Source of the DNA: the human T2T-CHM13v2.0 reference genome, Homo sapiens
DNA: 64,000 nucleotides
Direction: 5' to 3' (one strand)
Assembly: GCF_009914755.1 (NCBI RefSeq)
Contig: NC_060931.1
How positions within the stretch are numbered: the stretch's first letter is position 1; every line of letters starts with the position of its first letter. This document shows, one piece after another, positions 25,409 through 39,192 of this stretch. A model generated the notes under the pieces. The model was not told the DNA's origin, searched no databases, and saw only the letters and a program-made list of their open reading frames with translations. Both the position numbers and the translations under genes were made by a program.

Positions 25409-26779
25409 CTTTTCAACAGTTCTGGAGTTTGCATTATGGAGCTTTTTCAGGGGTCACTGTGGTAAAGTATGAGGCCTTAAGGTTCAAGGTGGACCCCAGT
25501 GTCAAAGAGAGGCCCCAAGAGAAGAGGGGTTCCCTTCTCTCTGTCCCCTGCCCTTCGGGAGCCCCCTCCACACATGCCCCCACAGGCCCACGCACCCCAA
25601 GCTGTGCCTGGGGAAATAGGTCAGGCCTCCAGCCCAGACCCCTGCAGGTTTCTGCTCCAGAGGAGCTCTTCGAGGGGTTTCCTTGACCACCCCTCCATTA
25701 AAAACCGGGTGTCTGGAAAAGTCTTTTGCAGGGAGGACCCTGGGCATTGTCCTCGAGCCACGTTCTAGGGAGCCTGCGGGTGTCCCTGCCTGGGGATGTG
25801 GGTTCCTGCTTTGCCAATCCCGTATCCTTGGCCATTTATCCCATTGTGTTGCCAGCCTGTAGGGAGGAGAGAGACAGAGAAGATCCTGTTTCTCCTGCTC
25901 ATATCAGAGGCTGGCAGGCCTAGAAGGGGCTGAGGGATGGAGCACGACCCTCAACCTGTACAGACAAGGGCCCAGAAAGGCTGTGGAATCTGCCCGGGGC
26001 CACCCAGCAGGCAGGCAGTGGTGTGGCGGCCCGAGTCCCTCCTCCGAGCCCAGCCTCTGCCCCCGACCCAGGTTCCTCCCAAAGGGTGTTTTCTCACAGA
26101 CGTCTCAGAGCTATTTTTTCTCTGAAAGCTAAACAATCACTCCTTTGCTCTTAGGATGAGATGCGGTTTGTGTCTACACACAACAGACCCGGCTGCCCTG
26201 GTCCCCAGGCCGCCACCATCTGGCCGTGCACACACTCGCCTGGTCCTGGCCGGACCAGAGGGCGTCTGCACAGGTACAAGGTGGCGGGTGGAGCCCAGGA
26301 CCCCTGGACAGCCAGGCCATCCCGGGGCTTGGCCGGAAACCAGGATGGCCTGGCCTGTTTTCCTGGCACCTCCTGCACCAGGGCCGTGGCTGCCTGCAGG
26401 TGGGGGCCCTCCTCCCAGGTGGTCTGGGGAAGGCGCCCAGTGAGTGGGGCCGAAGCCGCTTCCTGGGGAGGGTTGCTTCACCGCAGAGCCCAGCTGGGCA
26501 CCCAGAAGTGGCTCAGGGCTGTGTGTTTACTCCTACCCTGACCACCGGCGAAAGGGATTTGAGGGCTGGCTCGTCTGTGGCAGCCACCAAAGTCAATGGA
26601 AAAACCACACGGGAGGAAGGGAGGGATGTGGGGTGTTTGAGCTGCAGGAGGGGCATCCCCGGGACGCACGCTGGGGCCACATCTGGGCGGAAGCAGGTGT
26701 ACCAGCCCAGCCAGGGCAGGGCAGAGCCCCAGGGGCGGGTGGGGGCCACAAGCAGCCCAATCCAGCTCCAAGTAGAATC

Positions 26780-29710
26780 AATTCCTTTCTGTTGAAAGTT
26801 CCGTTTCTAAGAGTGATCGTGTTCCCAGCAGAGTGAACACAGACGTCGGTGTCGGCTCTGCACAACGGCGGTGCGGGGGCCCCGTAAGCACTCCAGGAGG
26901 ACGCCGAGTGAGCCCTCCCCTCTCACACCCGACCCTCCTCTCTCAGAAGCCACTGCTCTGGTGTGTGGCGGCCGCTGCCTTGCCTTTTCCCATGCAGTTT
27001 TGCCATAGACTATTTAGCTTTGTTTCTTAACTCCTAAAACACAAAACTGAACCCCCAGCGATGGCCTGTGCCCCATTTCCCAGTGCACAACGCAAGCCTC
27101 CTTCCCACCAGCGCCAGCACGTCGCCCCGCGGTGCTCCCCGGTGTGAAAGGGCTGAGCCATCCCTCTGCTGTGACTGGCTTCCGGCGGTTTCCAGCGTCT
27201 TGCTTTCTGAGCAACGCTGCCGTGAACATCCCACAAACTCCTTGAGTCTGCCATGCACGTCTTTAGAGATAGGTGGAGAGTCGTGCCGGCCCCACGCGGG
27301 CAGCCCAGCAGCTCCGGGTGTTGGTGCCACCGGGCACTGTCTGGCCAAGGGTCCCCTTGCTCCGTCCTCGCCAGCCCTGGGTAGGGCCAGGCTTTTTAAG
27401 TTTTGCGGATCTGCTGGTGCGTAAGGGTCCTTCGTGGTGATCTCAATTTGCGTTTTCCTGATTGCGAAGGAGCCGAGCGTTGGTCACGCCTGGGAAGCTG
27501 TTCAGTGACTCCGTGTGCCCATCTTCCGCCGTCGGGGGCTTTGCTTGTCGACGCCTGTTGACGTTTTTAAATCTTCTGGGCCTCCCTTTTTTGGTCAAAT
27601 ATATATATGGCACATGTCCTGCTTCGGGCTTGTCTTTTCACTCCTTTTATGGTAGATTTTAATGTAACAGAATGTCTTTATTTTAATGTTTTAGAATTTA
27701 CCAATCTTTGCCTTTATGACGAATAATTTTGTAGATTGTTTCACAAATCCATCCCTAACTCAAAGTCATGAAAACAGCCCTTTAAATCCTCTTCTAAAAC
27801 CATGACGGGGTTTATTTACATTTAGGAATTTAATCCATGCAGGTCTGCCTTTAGTGGTGTGGAGAGGGACAGCACTCTCTGCTTTCTGTATGTGGGCGTC
27901 CGGTTGTCCCAAAGCCACGCTCCCACTCACGCCGCTGCCTCCCTGTCCTGACTCCCTCCCACTCACGCCTCAGCCTCCCTGTCCCGACTCCCTCCCACTC
28001 ACACCTCAGCCTCCCTGTCCCGACTCCCTCCCACTCACGCCTCCGCCTCCCTGTCCCGACTCCCTCCCACTCACACCTCAGCCTCCCTGTCCCGACTCCC
28101 TCCCACTCACGCCTCAGCCTCCCTGTCCTGACTCCCTCCCACTCACGCCGCTGCCTCCCTGTCCCGACTCCCTCCCACTCACGCCTCAGCCTCCCTGTCC
28201 CGACTCCCTCCCACTCACGCCTCAGCCTCCCTGTCCGGACTCCCTCCCACTCACGCCGCTGCCTCCCTGTCCCGACTCCCTCCCACTCACGCCTCAGCCT
28301 CCCTGTCCGGACTCCCTCCCACTCACGCCTCAGCCTCCCTGTCCGGACTCCCTCCCACTCACGCCTCAGCCTCCCTGTCCCGACTCCCTCCCACTCACGC
28401 CTCAGCCTCCCTGTCCCGACTCCCTCCCACTCACGCCTCAGCCTCCCTGTCCTGACTCCCTCCCACTCACGCCTCAGCCTCCCTGTCCTGACTCCCTCCC
28501 ACTCACGCCGCTGCCTCCCTGTCCCGACTCCATGCTGTGTGGACTACTGTTCTGTCCCCACCTCAGCATCACCTTGTCACAAATGTTATGACTTTTTAAT
28601 AAGCCTCAATACAGACATCCCCAGTTCCTGCCCTGATCTCTGCCCTTCGAGAGTGATTTAGCTATTCCCAGTTCTTTGACTTTCAACATAAATTGTAGAG
28701 TCAGTTTTCCATGAACCACCACAAACAATTGCAGAAGTCTGGCTATGGAGTACGTGAGATGCCTGAATTCCTTTGGGGAGAGTTGACATCTTTGTAACTT
28801 GGGACTTCTCGGTTCATGAATACAGTTATTTAAGGAACCATTCACTTGAGTCTTCTCAAATGTCTCTCAGCCATGTTTTTTTACATCAGCTTCCTCTATA
28901 AAAATCTTACACATTGTTTGTTCTTCCTAGTATTTAATAGGCTCAGGCTTTTGTAAATGACATCTTTTCTAAATTTCACTTTGTCTCTGGCATATGAAGA
29001 AAAACAGCTGATTTTTGTGTATATTGATTTTGTCTCCAGCAAACTGCCCAGCTGTCTTACTGATTTCATAATTTACCCTGGTGCTGTTCAGCTCTTCGAA
29101 CACACATAACCGTATCCTCCGTGACTGTCAGAAGTTGTATTTCTTCCTTTCCGATCTCGTTAGCTTTCATTTCCTTTTCCTGCCTTGGCCCGGACCTGCG
29201 GAAGGACGCTGGTGAAATGGTGCTGGAACGCACCGCCCCTTGGTCCCGATATCAAAGCAAAAGCTTCCGGGGGTGCTTCTGCTGTGGGTGTTTGCACATT
29301 TATCAGGTTAGGGAGGCGCTGCTGTTCCTACTTGAAGTATCTTTTTCCTGAAAGGACGTTGACTTTTATCAAACATTCTTTTCTCATTTGTTGAAATGAC
29401 TGTAAGATTTTTCCCTTAAACCTGTTGGTGTGGAGGATTCTATTCATTGCCATTGTGACACTGAACCACTTCTAGTCCTGGGATAGACACGGCAGCCACG
29501 AGGTGCGATCCCGTCCACGCGCTCAGCCGTTGAGCCTCACTGCCATGTTTTAGGAGCTGTTATCTCCCTTCTGTGTCAAGGGCCTCTCGCCCCCTGAGAT
29601 GGGATGGAGAATGCTTGCTTCACTGCTGTTCTCTTGACGGGTTAAAGATAGTGTTATTTGTTTCTTGAATATATTGATAAACATCACCAGCGAGGGCATT
29701 TGAACCTGGA
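26780..29710 (-). mobile_element. Old L1 (L1ME-like) 3' UTR/ORF2, interrupted by a VNTR
   Basis: gtttccag..ttgct...aacgctgc.gtgaacat; atttgc.tttcctgatt; tttacatttagg..tttaatccat; tgatttttgtgtatattgattttgt. Confidence 0.75.
27920..28531. repeat. 36-bp minisatellite tcccactcacgcctcagcctccctgtcccgactccc, ~17 copies
   Basis: 12-aa periodicity (SLPLTPQPPCPD) in ORF 27854..28591. Confidence 0.97.
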
Positions 29711-29712
29711 AT

Positions 29713-30475
<763 letters not shown>

Positions 30476-30632
30476 TAGGAGATTTCAGTTGAGCAGCCGG
30501 CAAGCCTGGGACGCGGGGGGCCCTGAGAGTCAGGCCCACAGCTACGCAAAAGCCGCGCTGACAGGAAGTGCAGGAGGCAGCCTGTGGCATCCTGAGAAGG
30601 TTCTGTGTCTTGTAAAAAAAATTCTCTGATCT

Positions 30633-30929
30633 GGGCTGGGCGCGGTGGCTCACGCCTGTAATCCCAGCACTTTGGGAGGCCGAGGCAGGTAGATCACGAG
30701 GTCAGGAGTTCAAGACCAGCCTGACCAAGATGGTGAAACCCCGTCTCTACTAAAAATACAAAAAGTAGCCGGGCGTGGTGGCAGGTGCCTGTAATCCCAG
30801 CTACTGGGGAGGCTGAGGAAGAGAATTGCTTGAACCCGGGAGGCGGAGCTTGCAGTGAGCCAAGATCACACCACGACACTCCACCCTGAGCGACAGAGCG
30901 AGACTCCGTATCAAAAAAAACAAAAAAAA
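30633..30929 (+). mobile_element. AluS (Sg-like)
   Basis: gatcacgaggtcaggagttcaagaccagcctg; A-tail. Confidence 0.92.
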
Positions 30930-31413
30930 TCATTGATCCAAGCACTTAATATTAGCACACGTCACATCATACCCTGTGTGTTATACGGCAATAAAAAGAA
31001 CAGACACGATACAACTACGTTGCAGAGATGCCCCCTCCCCACTGTCACCACTGCTGGATGTTGGCTGTTCTCTCTGGATTCTGTTCCTTGACAAGCCTGT
31101 GTGTGGGGTGCAAGGCCAGCGCCCACAACAGCTTCAGATCCTCTTAGGCCTCGACATGTCACAGGTAATTTTCTGATTCGCACAGGGCTGTGACACCACC
31201 AAAGTCAGGTCACGTGCATCCTTCACTCAGGGTTTTTCTGGTGAGCTGTTCCAAGTCAATCACCACACTCAAAGCTGGACACGTATGACCTCCCTCCACC
31301 TCTTCGGAGGTCCGAAAGGATCATACACCCATTTCACAGATGAGGCCACCGAGGCTTCCAGGCAAGCCACTCACCCCGGGCCAAGAAGAGAAACGTCTGG
31401 GCCTCCTCCTGCC

Positions 31414-31989
<576 letters not shown>

Positions 31990-32444
31990 AGCGTTGTTGT
32001 TTATCATCATCAATTTGCATATGTCTGCATGTCATTAAAATGCTAATTCCTTGCCATGGTTGTTGCAAATGTGGCACCCATTTAACTTGCCTTTTACCTT
32101 GATACACAAAAGCTTTGAATTTCCACTTAGATAGATGTTTATCGGAACATACTAAGTTCAGAAAAAAAATCCACAGGTGCCGAAGTGAGGCTCCCATTCA
32201 CTTCTGTGTAATCCTTACTCTTCCGCACCTCGACGGCTTCGAGGCCAGCTCTGACGCTTGTTGGTGCCAGGGCTTGTGAGTCTCACTCTCTATGAGCCTC
32301 AGTTCTCTCATCTGAAAAATGGGCACGAATTCCCCGACACTGCTGGTTGTTTCAGGATCCCCTGAGATAAAGTGTGCAAGGCGGTGCCGTCCTCATGCAG
32401 GCCCTCCGCCGGCCGGGGAGCGGCTGGGGACCACGTCAGCGTGT

Positions 32445-33370
32445 GGGTTTTTGGGATGACAATGAAACAACTGCGCGTGTGTGTGGCATCGAGACCGATG
32501 TTGGGACTCGTGGATGCAAAGCGTAGTGATCAAATCAGGGAGATGGGCGAATCCAGCCCCACTGACATCATCCTTTCTTCCCGTTGTGAACATTCAAAGT
32601 CCTCCCTTCTAGCTTCAAAAATACACAATAAATTATCGTTAACTGGAGTCACCCTCCAGTCCCACAGAACCCTCAAATCCATTCCTCTGGTCTCACTGTA
32701 ATTTTGCATTCATTAGCCAAGGTCTCCCCCACCATCCCCCTCCCAGCCTCTCATAGCACAGCGCTCCTCTCTAGGAGCTCAACGCTTTTAGCTCCCACAC
32801 ATGAGTGAGGACCTGCGGTATTTCTCTTCCTGTGCCTGATTTATTGTATGTGGCAGAATGTCCTCGGGGCTCCTCCGTGTTGCCTGGAATGACAGGATTT
32901 CACTCTCTCGTATGGCTGAATCGTAGCTGTACTGTGTGCATAGATCACATTCCCCTAACCCCTTCCTCTGCTGATGGACATGCGTTTATTCCACATCCTG
33001 GTTGCTGGGACTCGCGCTGCAATGAACAGAGGGAGCAGATCACTCATTTCTGTGCCGATTTCCTTTCTCTCGGACAAATACCCGGTCCCGGGACTGCTGG
33101 ATCACGCGGTCATTCTGTGTTTAGCTTTTTGAGGAAGCTCCATACTGTTTTTCACCGCGGCTGTTACTAGTTTACATCCCCCCATCTGTGTGTGACAGCT
33201 CCCCTTTCTCCACATCCTCACCAGCATGGTTTTTTGTTTTGTTTTGTTTTTTGTTTTTTGTTTGTCTTTTTGGTAATAGCAATTCTAACTGGGACAAAAT
33301 AGTATCTCACTGTGGTTTGGATTTGCATTTCCCCAATGATTAGTCATGCTGAGCATTTTTTCATATACTG
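32445..33370 (-). mobile_element. L1MA-like 3' end and ORF2 tail
   Basis: gatcaaatcaggg; gaacattcaaa.tcctc.cttctagct; gctcccaca.atgagtgag.ac.tgcggtatt; gagcattttttcatat. Confidence 0.85.
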
Positions 33371-33702
33371 TCTCTCAGCATATACAAAAACCCACTCAAA
33401 ATAGGTTGCAGACTGAAATGTAAAACCCAAAACAATAAAACTATGAGAAGAAAAACATAAGGAAGACACTGCAGAACATTGTTCTGGGGAAAGATTTTAT
33501 GGCCAAGACTTCAAAATCACCAGCAATAAAAACAAAAATAGACAAACGGGGCTACATCAAACTAAGATGCTTCTGCAAAAGGCCAAGGAAACAGTCGGCA
33601 GAGGGAAGAGGCAGCCACAGAAGGGGAGAAAATATTTGCAAACTATTCATCTGACAAGGGACACATATCCAGAATCTACAAAGAACTCAAGCAATTCAAC
33701 AG

Positions 33703-33736
<34 letters not shown>

Positions 33737-33800
33737 GTAACTTGACTGAAAAGCAGGCAAAGGATTTAAATAGACATTTCTCAAAAGAAGACACACAGAT
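33371..33800 (+). mobile_element. Inverted upstream ORF2 segment of the same L1; contains (CA)n at ~33707-33735
   Basis: aaaatagacaaa.ggg..tacatcaaacta; aaatatttgcaaactattcatctgacaaggg; agacatttctcaaaagaagaca. Confidence 0.85.
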
Positions 33801-33814
33801 CACCCTGACATTTA

Positions 33815-33965
33815 AAAAAATTCCTGGACCTCACCCAGCCAGGTTCTCCAATGTGAGCACCTTCAGAGTCACCGGCAGGGCTTGAGAAGGCCCCCGAATT
33901 TGCATTTCCAGTGGTTCCTGGGTGACACCGACACGGCTGGTCTGGGGGTCATGTTTTGAGAACAT
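33815..33965. mobile_element. MER5-type DNA transposon fragment
   Basis: gaatttgcatttcc...ttcc.gggtga...ctggtctgggg.cca..ttttgagaac. Confidence 0.6.
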
Positions 33966-34804
33966 CACCTTCTCCAGAGAAGAGACCTGGAAGTGAGTCT
34001 TATAAAGCCACATACAAGATTGTGTCACACACACACCTGCCTGGGGCCTTGGGGGCTGGAGTAGAAGGCGCAGAGGCTGCTCCAAAAGGAGGAGGCCAGA
34101 GGGCACTTCTGCAGGGGGGCTGCAGCACCCACACCAGGAGGGCAGCAGAGTGTTTGCAAACAAGCCACCCATCCAGACTGCAGCCTGGGGAGGAGGGAGG
34201 GGGCCTCTCCAGGCCTCAGGCCGCTGTGCCCACGGTAGGCTGGTGGTGTGAGCCGTCGTCCATCCATGATGGTGAAGAAAGCCTCTCCAGCTCTAAGGCC
34301 ACCTCCTGTCACCCAGGCATGGGAGAAAGTGGCTGACGCTGAAGACCCCAGCCCCCTCACCAAGGGAACCCCCAGCCCCAGCCCCTTCTGGAAGGCATGG
34401 ACTGCCTGGAGCCCAGCCCGGTCAGCCAGCTGAGCTAAGAGGATCTGGTGAGTTTAAAGTCGGTCACACTTCTCTGGGCTCTGTAACGAGGGAATGGACT
34501 AGATGGGTTGTCAGACATGAGAAACTCTTGGTTGGGGTGGCTACTAGACAGGCCCTCATGAAGAAAGGGGCTGTGGCCATCAGCTCACTGAACAGGTGGG
34601 GAAACTGAGGCCCAGAGAGGGATGGGCCTGCCTGAGGCATGGAGGGAGTTGCCCAGATCTGAGCCAGGGCCAGACACCCCTGGTGTGCTCGTCTTCCAGC
34701 TGCCACGTGGAGCAGATCACAACATCCCCCCGACCCAGCGTCCCCCCACGGACCCCAGCTCAGAGCACACGTTCTCAGAGTGTGGCTCAAAGACCCCCAC
34801 AGTT

Positions 34805-35157
<353 letters not shown>

Positions 35158-35989
35158 TCATAGCCCTCAACAGCCTATTCTGTGGGTGCTCAGAACAGTT
35201 GTCCCCAGTGACCCCACTTCTCCAGGGGTCCACCTGACCTTGATGTGGTCTGCGCACCGGCCACGGAGGCCTGGTGTCTCCCCGGCAGCGGGCACCCTGC
35301 ACTTCACCAGGAGGGTGGAGAGAGGAGAACGCTTTAGAGCGCCAGCAGCCATCGGGGGTGGACAAGCCCTCCCGGGGCCGCAGCACAGAGCCCCGCCTGG
35401 ACCACGGCGTCTGGTGACCAGCAGCGTCTCCTAATGTCCCACAGGGTGCCCCGCGTCTGTGGCTGGAACACACCCTCCCACGCCTGCTGTGGTCCAGGTT
35501 AGCTGCTCCTGAATCTCACTGGCTGGCTGCTCAGGGACACGATGTGGCTTTAATCACCTGGGTGCTGTTTCAGCATCCACAGGCCCCGTGCACCGTGCGC
35601 CCGGAGTCACCCCCGCCTCAGGGAGCCCCCGGCCGAGATCCCTTCCCTCTTCTCGGATTCCTGTGGCAACACCCGCTCCTCCTGCAGGCACTGGGTCTGG
35701 CCGCGACTGCGTCCTCCCAGAGGCTGTGAAGGGACACGTTGTGTGCGGTGGCTCCTTAACCTGTTGTCACGGAAGGGGGAACAGACGCCTGGGTAGCAGA
35801 CGGGTTCGGGAGGGGCGTGGGGCATTCCTGGGCAAGAGCAGACACGGGCCTCGGCGGCCAGGAAGCCGCCCCAGCCGAATTCCGGATGTGGGACCCGGCA
35901 CATGCCTGGTCTTGTGGGACAGGGGGCCCCTCCCGGTGGTGCTGACAGCCCAGCCCCCCAGGGCAGCCTCTCCGTGCTGCAGGTGGCCT

Positions 35990-36510
35990 CTCGGAGGCGG
36001 AAGATCAGTCCCTCGGGGCTGGGAAGATGGGTCGCATTCCTGGGTCCCACCACGCACCCTGCGTGCCAGGCCCGGGGAACGGATCACGGCACTCGTGCCC
36101 TTAGACGCGGGCTGACCGAGGCTCCAATCCGCCGTGGCCAGACGCCCGGCGATCGTCCACTGTGCCGAGGCCCCGGGCCCCAGGCTGGCTGCAGAGGCGA
36201 ACGACGCGGCCGGCCCCGCGCTGCAGACGGGCCGCATACCCCAGCGGTGCCACCAAGGCCGCTCTCAGGCTGCCCCACAGCTGCGTGCCAAGCCCCTGAC
36301 GGGCACTTTATGGCACGTTATCTCGCCTGTGCCCCACAACAACCCGGCCGGGTGGGAATTCCGCTCCCATTAAACAGATAAGGAACCGGGATTCGGAGAG
36401 GCGAGGGCGGCCCCAGGTCCCTCGGGTTATAAAGCAAGGGCTGGACCCAGCCCGGGCCCACCTGACTCCGAGCCCACCTGATGCTCCGGCACGGGCCCAC
36501 GCCCCGTTAA
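35990..36510. promoter_or_regulatory. CpG-island-like segment
   Basis: Visibly dense CpG/GC in non-tandem sequence (not computed). Confidence 0.5.
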
Positions 36511-37282
36511 TAAAATGTAATAAATAGACTCTTTGTTTCAAAGAAAATGTTTTTAAAAGCAAGGCAGCCAAGCCGGGCCCAGGTAACAAGCAGAGGGAGG
36601 AGGCCTCAGAGGGAGGAGGCCTCAGCTGCGGACTCAGCCCAGGCCTGGCCTCCCGACTCCCACCACCAGGGGCCTGGCTGTACCTGTGGGGGCTGGAGCC
36701 CCAGGGCAGACACTTCGCAGACTCTTTGCAGGGCCAGGTGAGCCCCAGGGCGGAGCTGGCAGCTGAGGGTGCTCCGTGGCTCGGTGCACTGGCCCTGACT
36801 CACGAATGCCGCAGCGCGTCCTACGGGAAGCCATGTCACAGCCTCCGTCCTGCAGGGCAAAGGGGGCTGCTGCGGGCAAAGATGGCCAGTGATCTTCTAG
36901 GTTACTGGGTGCAGGAAGCAGGAAAAGGCCCAGAGACACTCTCAGTTCTTCCAGAAAGCCCTGGGGGATTTGACTTTGACCACAGTGCGTGCGTCCAGGT
37001 ATTACCTCATTCCTTGGCTTTTCGCTACAGACAGACTGACCTGGCTGGCCGGGTTGCCGCCTCCCAGTCACAGCTATCAGGTGCAGACCGTTATCTCATA
37101 AAACCCAAGGCGGCCTATTAGACGCACCTGGGTGAACACAGGGGGCTGTGGCCACATGAAGGCCAACCTCGGACACGAAAGGCGTCTGGTCGGGGCCATG
37201 CTTCCATCTGCCTCCTGTGGACTTTGTTTCCCCAACTAAACATTCATTTCTTGGAGGGCAACGACTGAGCCTTACACTTCTT

Positions 37283-37715
37283 CCAACACCTGAAGCGTCC
37301 AGCGCACAGTAGGCATCCAACACACCCAAAGGGCCCAGTACACAGTAGGCACTCAACACACCCGAGGGGTCCAGCACACAGTAGGTGCTCAACACACCCA
37401 AATGGCCCAGCGCACAGTAGGCGTCCAACACACCCAAGGGGCCCAGCGCACAGTAGGCGTCCAACACACCCAAAGGGCCCAGTGCACAGTAGGTGTCCAA
37501 CACACCCTACGGGTCCAGCACACAGTAGGAGTCCCACACACCCGAGGGGCCCAGCACACAGTAGGCGCTCAACACACCCAAATGGCCCAGCACACAGTAG
37601 GCATCCAATACACCCAAGGGGCTCAGCACACAGTAGGCGCTCAACACACCCGAGGGGCCCAGCGCACAATAGGCCTCCAACACCCCCGAGGGGCCCAGCG
37701 CAGAGTAGGTGCCCA
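37283..37715. repeat. 36-bp minisatellite cccagcacacagtaggcgctcaacacacccgaggg-like, ~12 copies
   Basis: agtagg recurs at 37308, 37344, 37380... Confidence 0.95.
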
Positions 37716-38124
37716 AGACAAAACGAGATGTTGCCTGGGGCAGGTGACTGCACAGGGCCTGTGAGGGGTGTGGGAGCCTCCCTTGGAGAGTGACAGTCCT
37801 GTGGGAGCAAAGGTCAAGGGTGCTGAGCTCTCCCTGTCCTCTGTGTCCTGAGTTGCCACACCCTCCCTTCCAGGTATCTGGAGGACAAAGCACCAAGGCC
37901 AACAGCTCAGTCGAAACCGCAAGTCCATTATTCTCTGGGTGGCTCAGTCAGATGAGCCTCAGTTTCCTCCCTTGTGAAATGGGCACATGGACCTCACAGA
38001 GTCACTGTGTGAAATCACGGAGCTGTACATCACGACTCTGGTGTCTGGGGAGGGTGTCCCTCTGCATGTACCCAAGAGCCTCCATTCTGAGCCCTGTTAC
38101 CAGGAGGATGCAGAGGTGGGGCCG

Positions 38125-38284
38125 TGGTGGGCGACCCTCACTCTCCTCCTTCCTGGTGGGGGGCGACCCTCACTCTCCTCCTTCCTGGTGGGGGGTGACC
38201 CCCACTCTCCTCCTCCCTGGTGAGTGGCTACCCCTCTCTCCCTCTTCCTGGTAGGGGGAGATCCTCCCTCTCCTCCTCCCTGGA
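38125..38284. repeat. ~32-bp degenerate tandem repeat, ~5 copies
   Basis: gcgaccctcactctcctccttcctggtggg at 38131, 38163... Confidence 0.88.
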
Positions 38285-38795
38285 AGACCCAGGTCAAGCC
38301 TCACGGACCCAAATGCCTTTGAGACCATGAAGGAACAGCCCCGCCAGCCAGGCAAGAGGGAAAAGCAGCAACTGAGCCGAATCCACTTCTGGCTTTGGGA
38401 GCCAGGGGTGCCTTCAGCAACAGCCTCCTGCTGCCATATGAGCTCGGATCCAATGCAGGCTACAGGCAGCTACGATGGACCAGGCCTTCCCACCTCACGG
38501 GCGGCCCTTCACTGCCTCTCCACGGACTGCCCTTGAGGCAGGATCAATCCACCCTGTGCAGAAGAGACGCTGGGCCCGCCCGGCCACACGTCCACCCCAC
38601 ACATCCACCCCATGTACGCTGGGCCCGCCCGGCCACAAGCAGCAGACATCCGGCCTGGACGGGACCCCAGCGAAGCGACTCTGCTCCCTGCGTTCCCCTG
38701 CGTGCTGCTCGGGTGGCCGGAACGCCGGGCTCTGGAGAAAGTGTGAGCCGCACTCAGGACAGCCATCCTCACGGGCCTGTGGGTCAGTGGGCTCA

Positions 38796-39192
<397 letters not shown>

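Noticed and set aside
27854-28591. 245-aa Pro/Cys-rich repeat ORF resembling SPRR/keratin-associated proteins
   Set aside because: In-frame 36-bp VNTR embedded in an antisense L1; alternative (GTG) start; resemblance is only compositional
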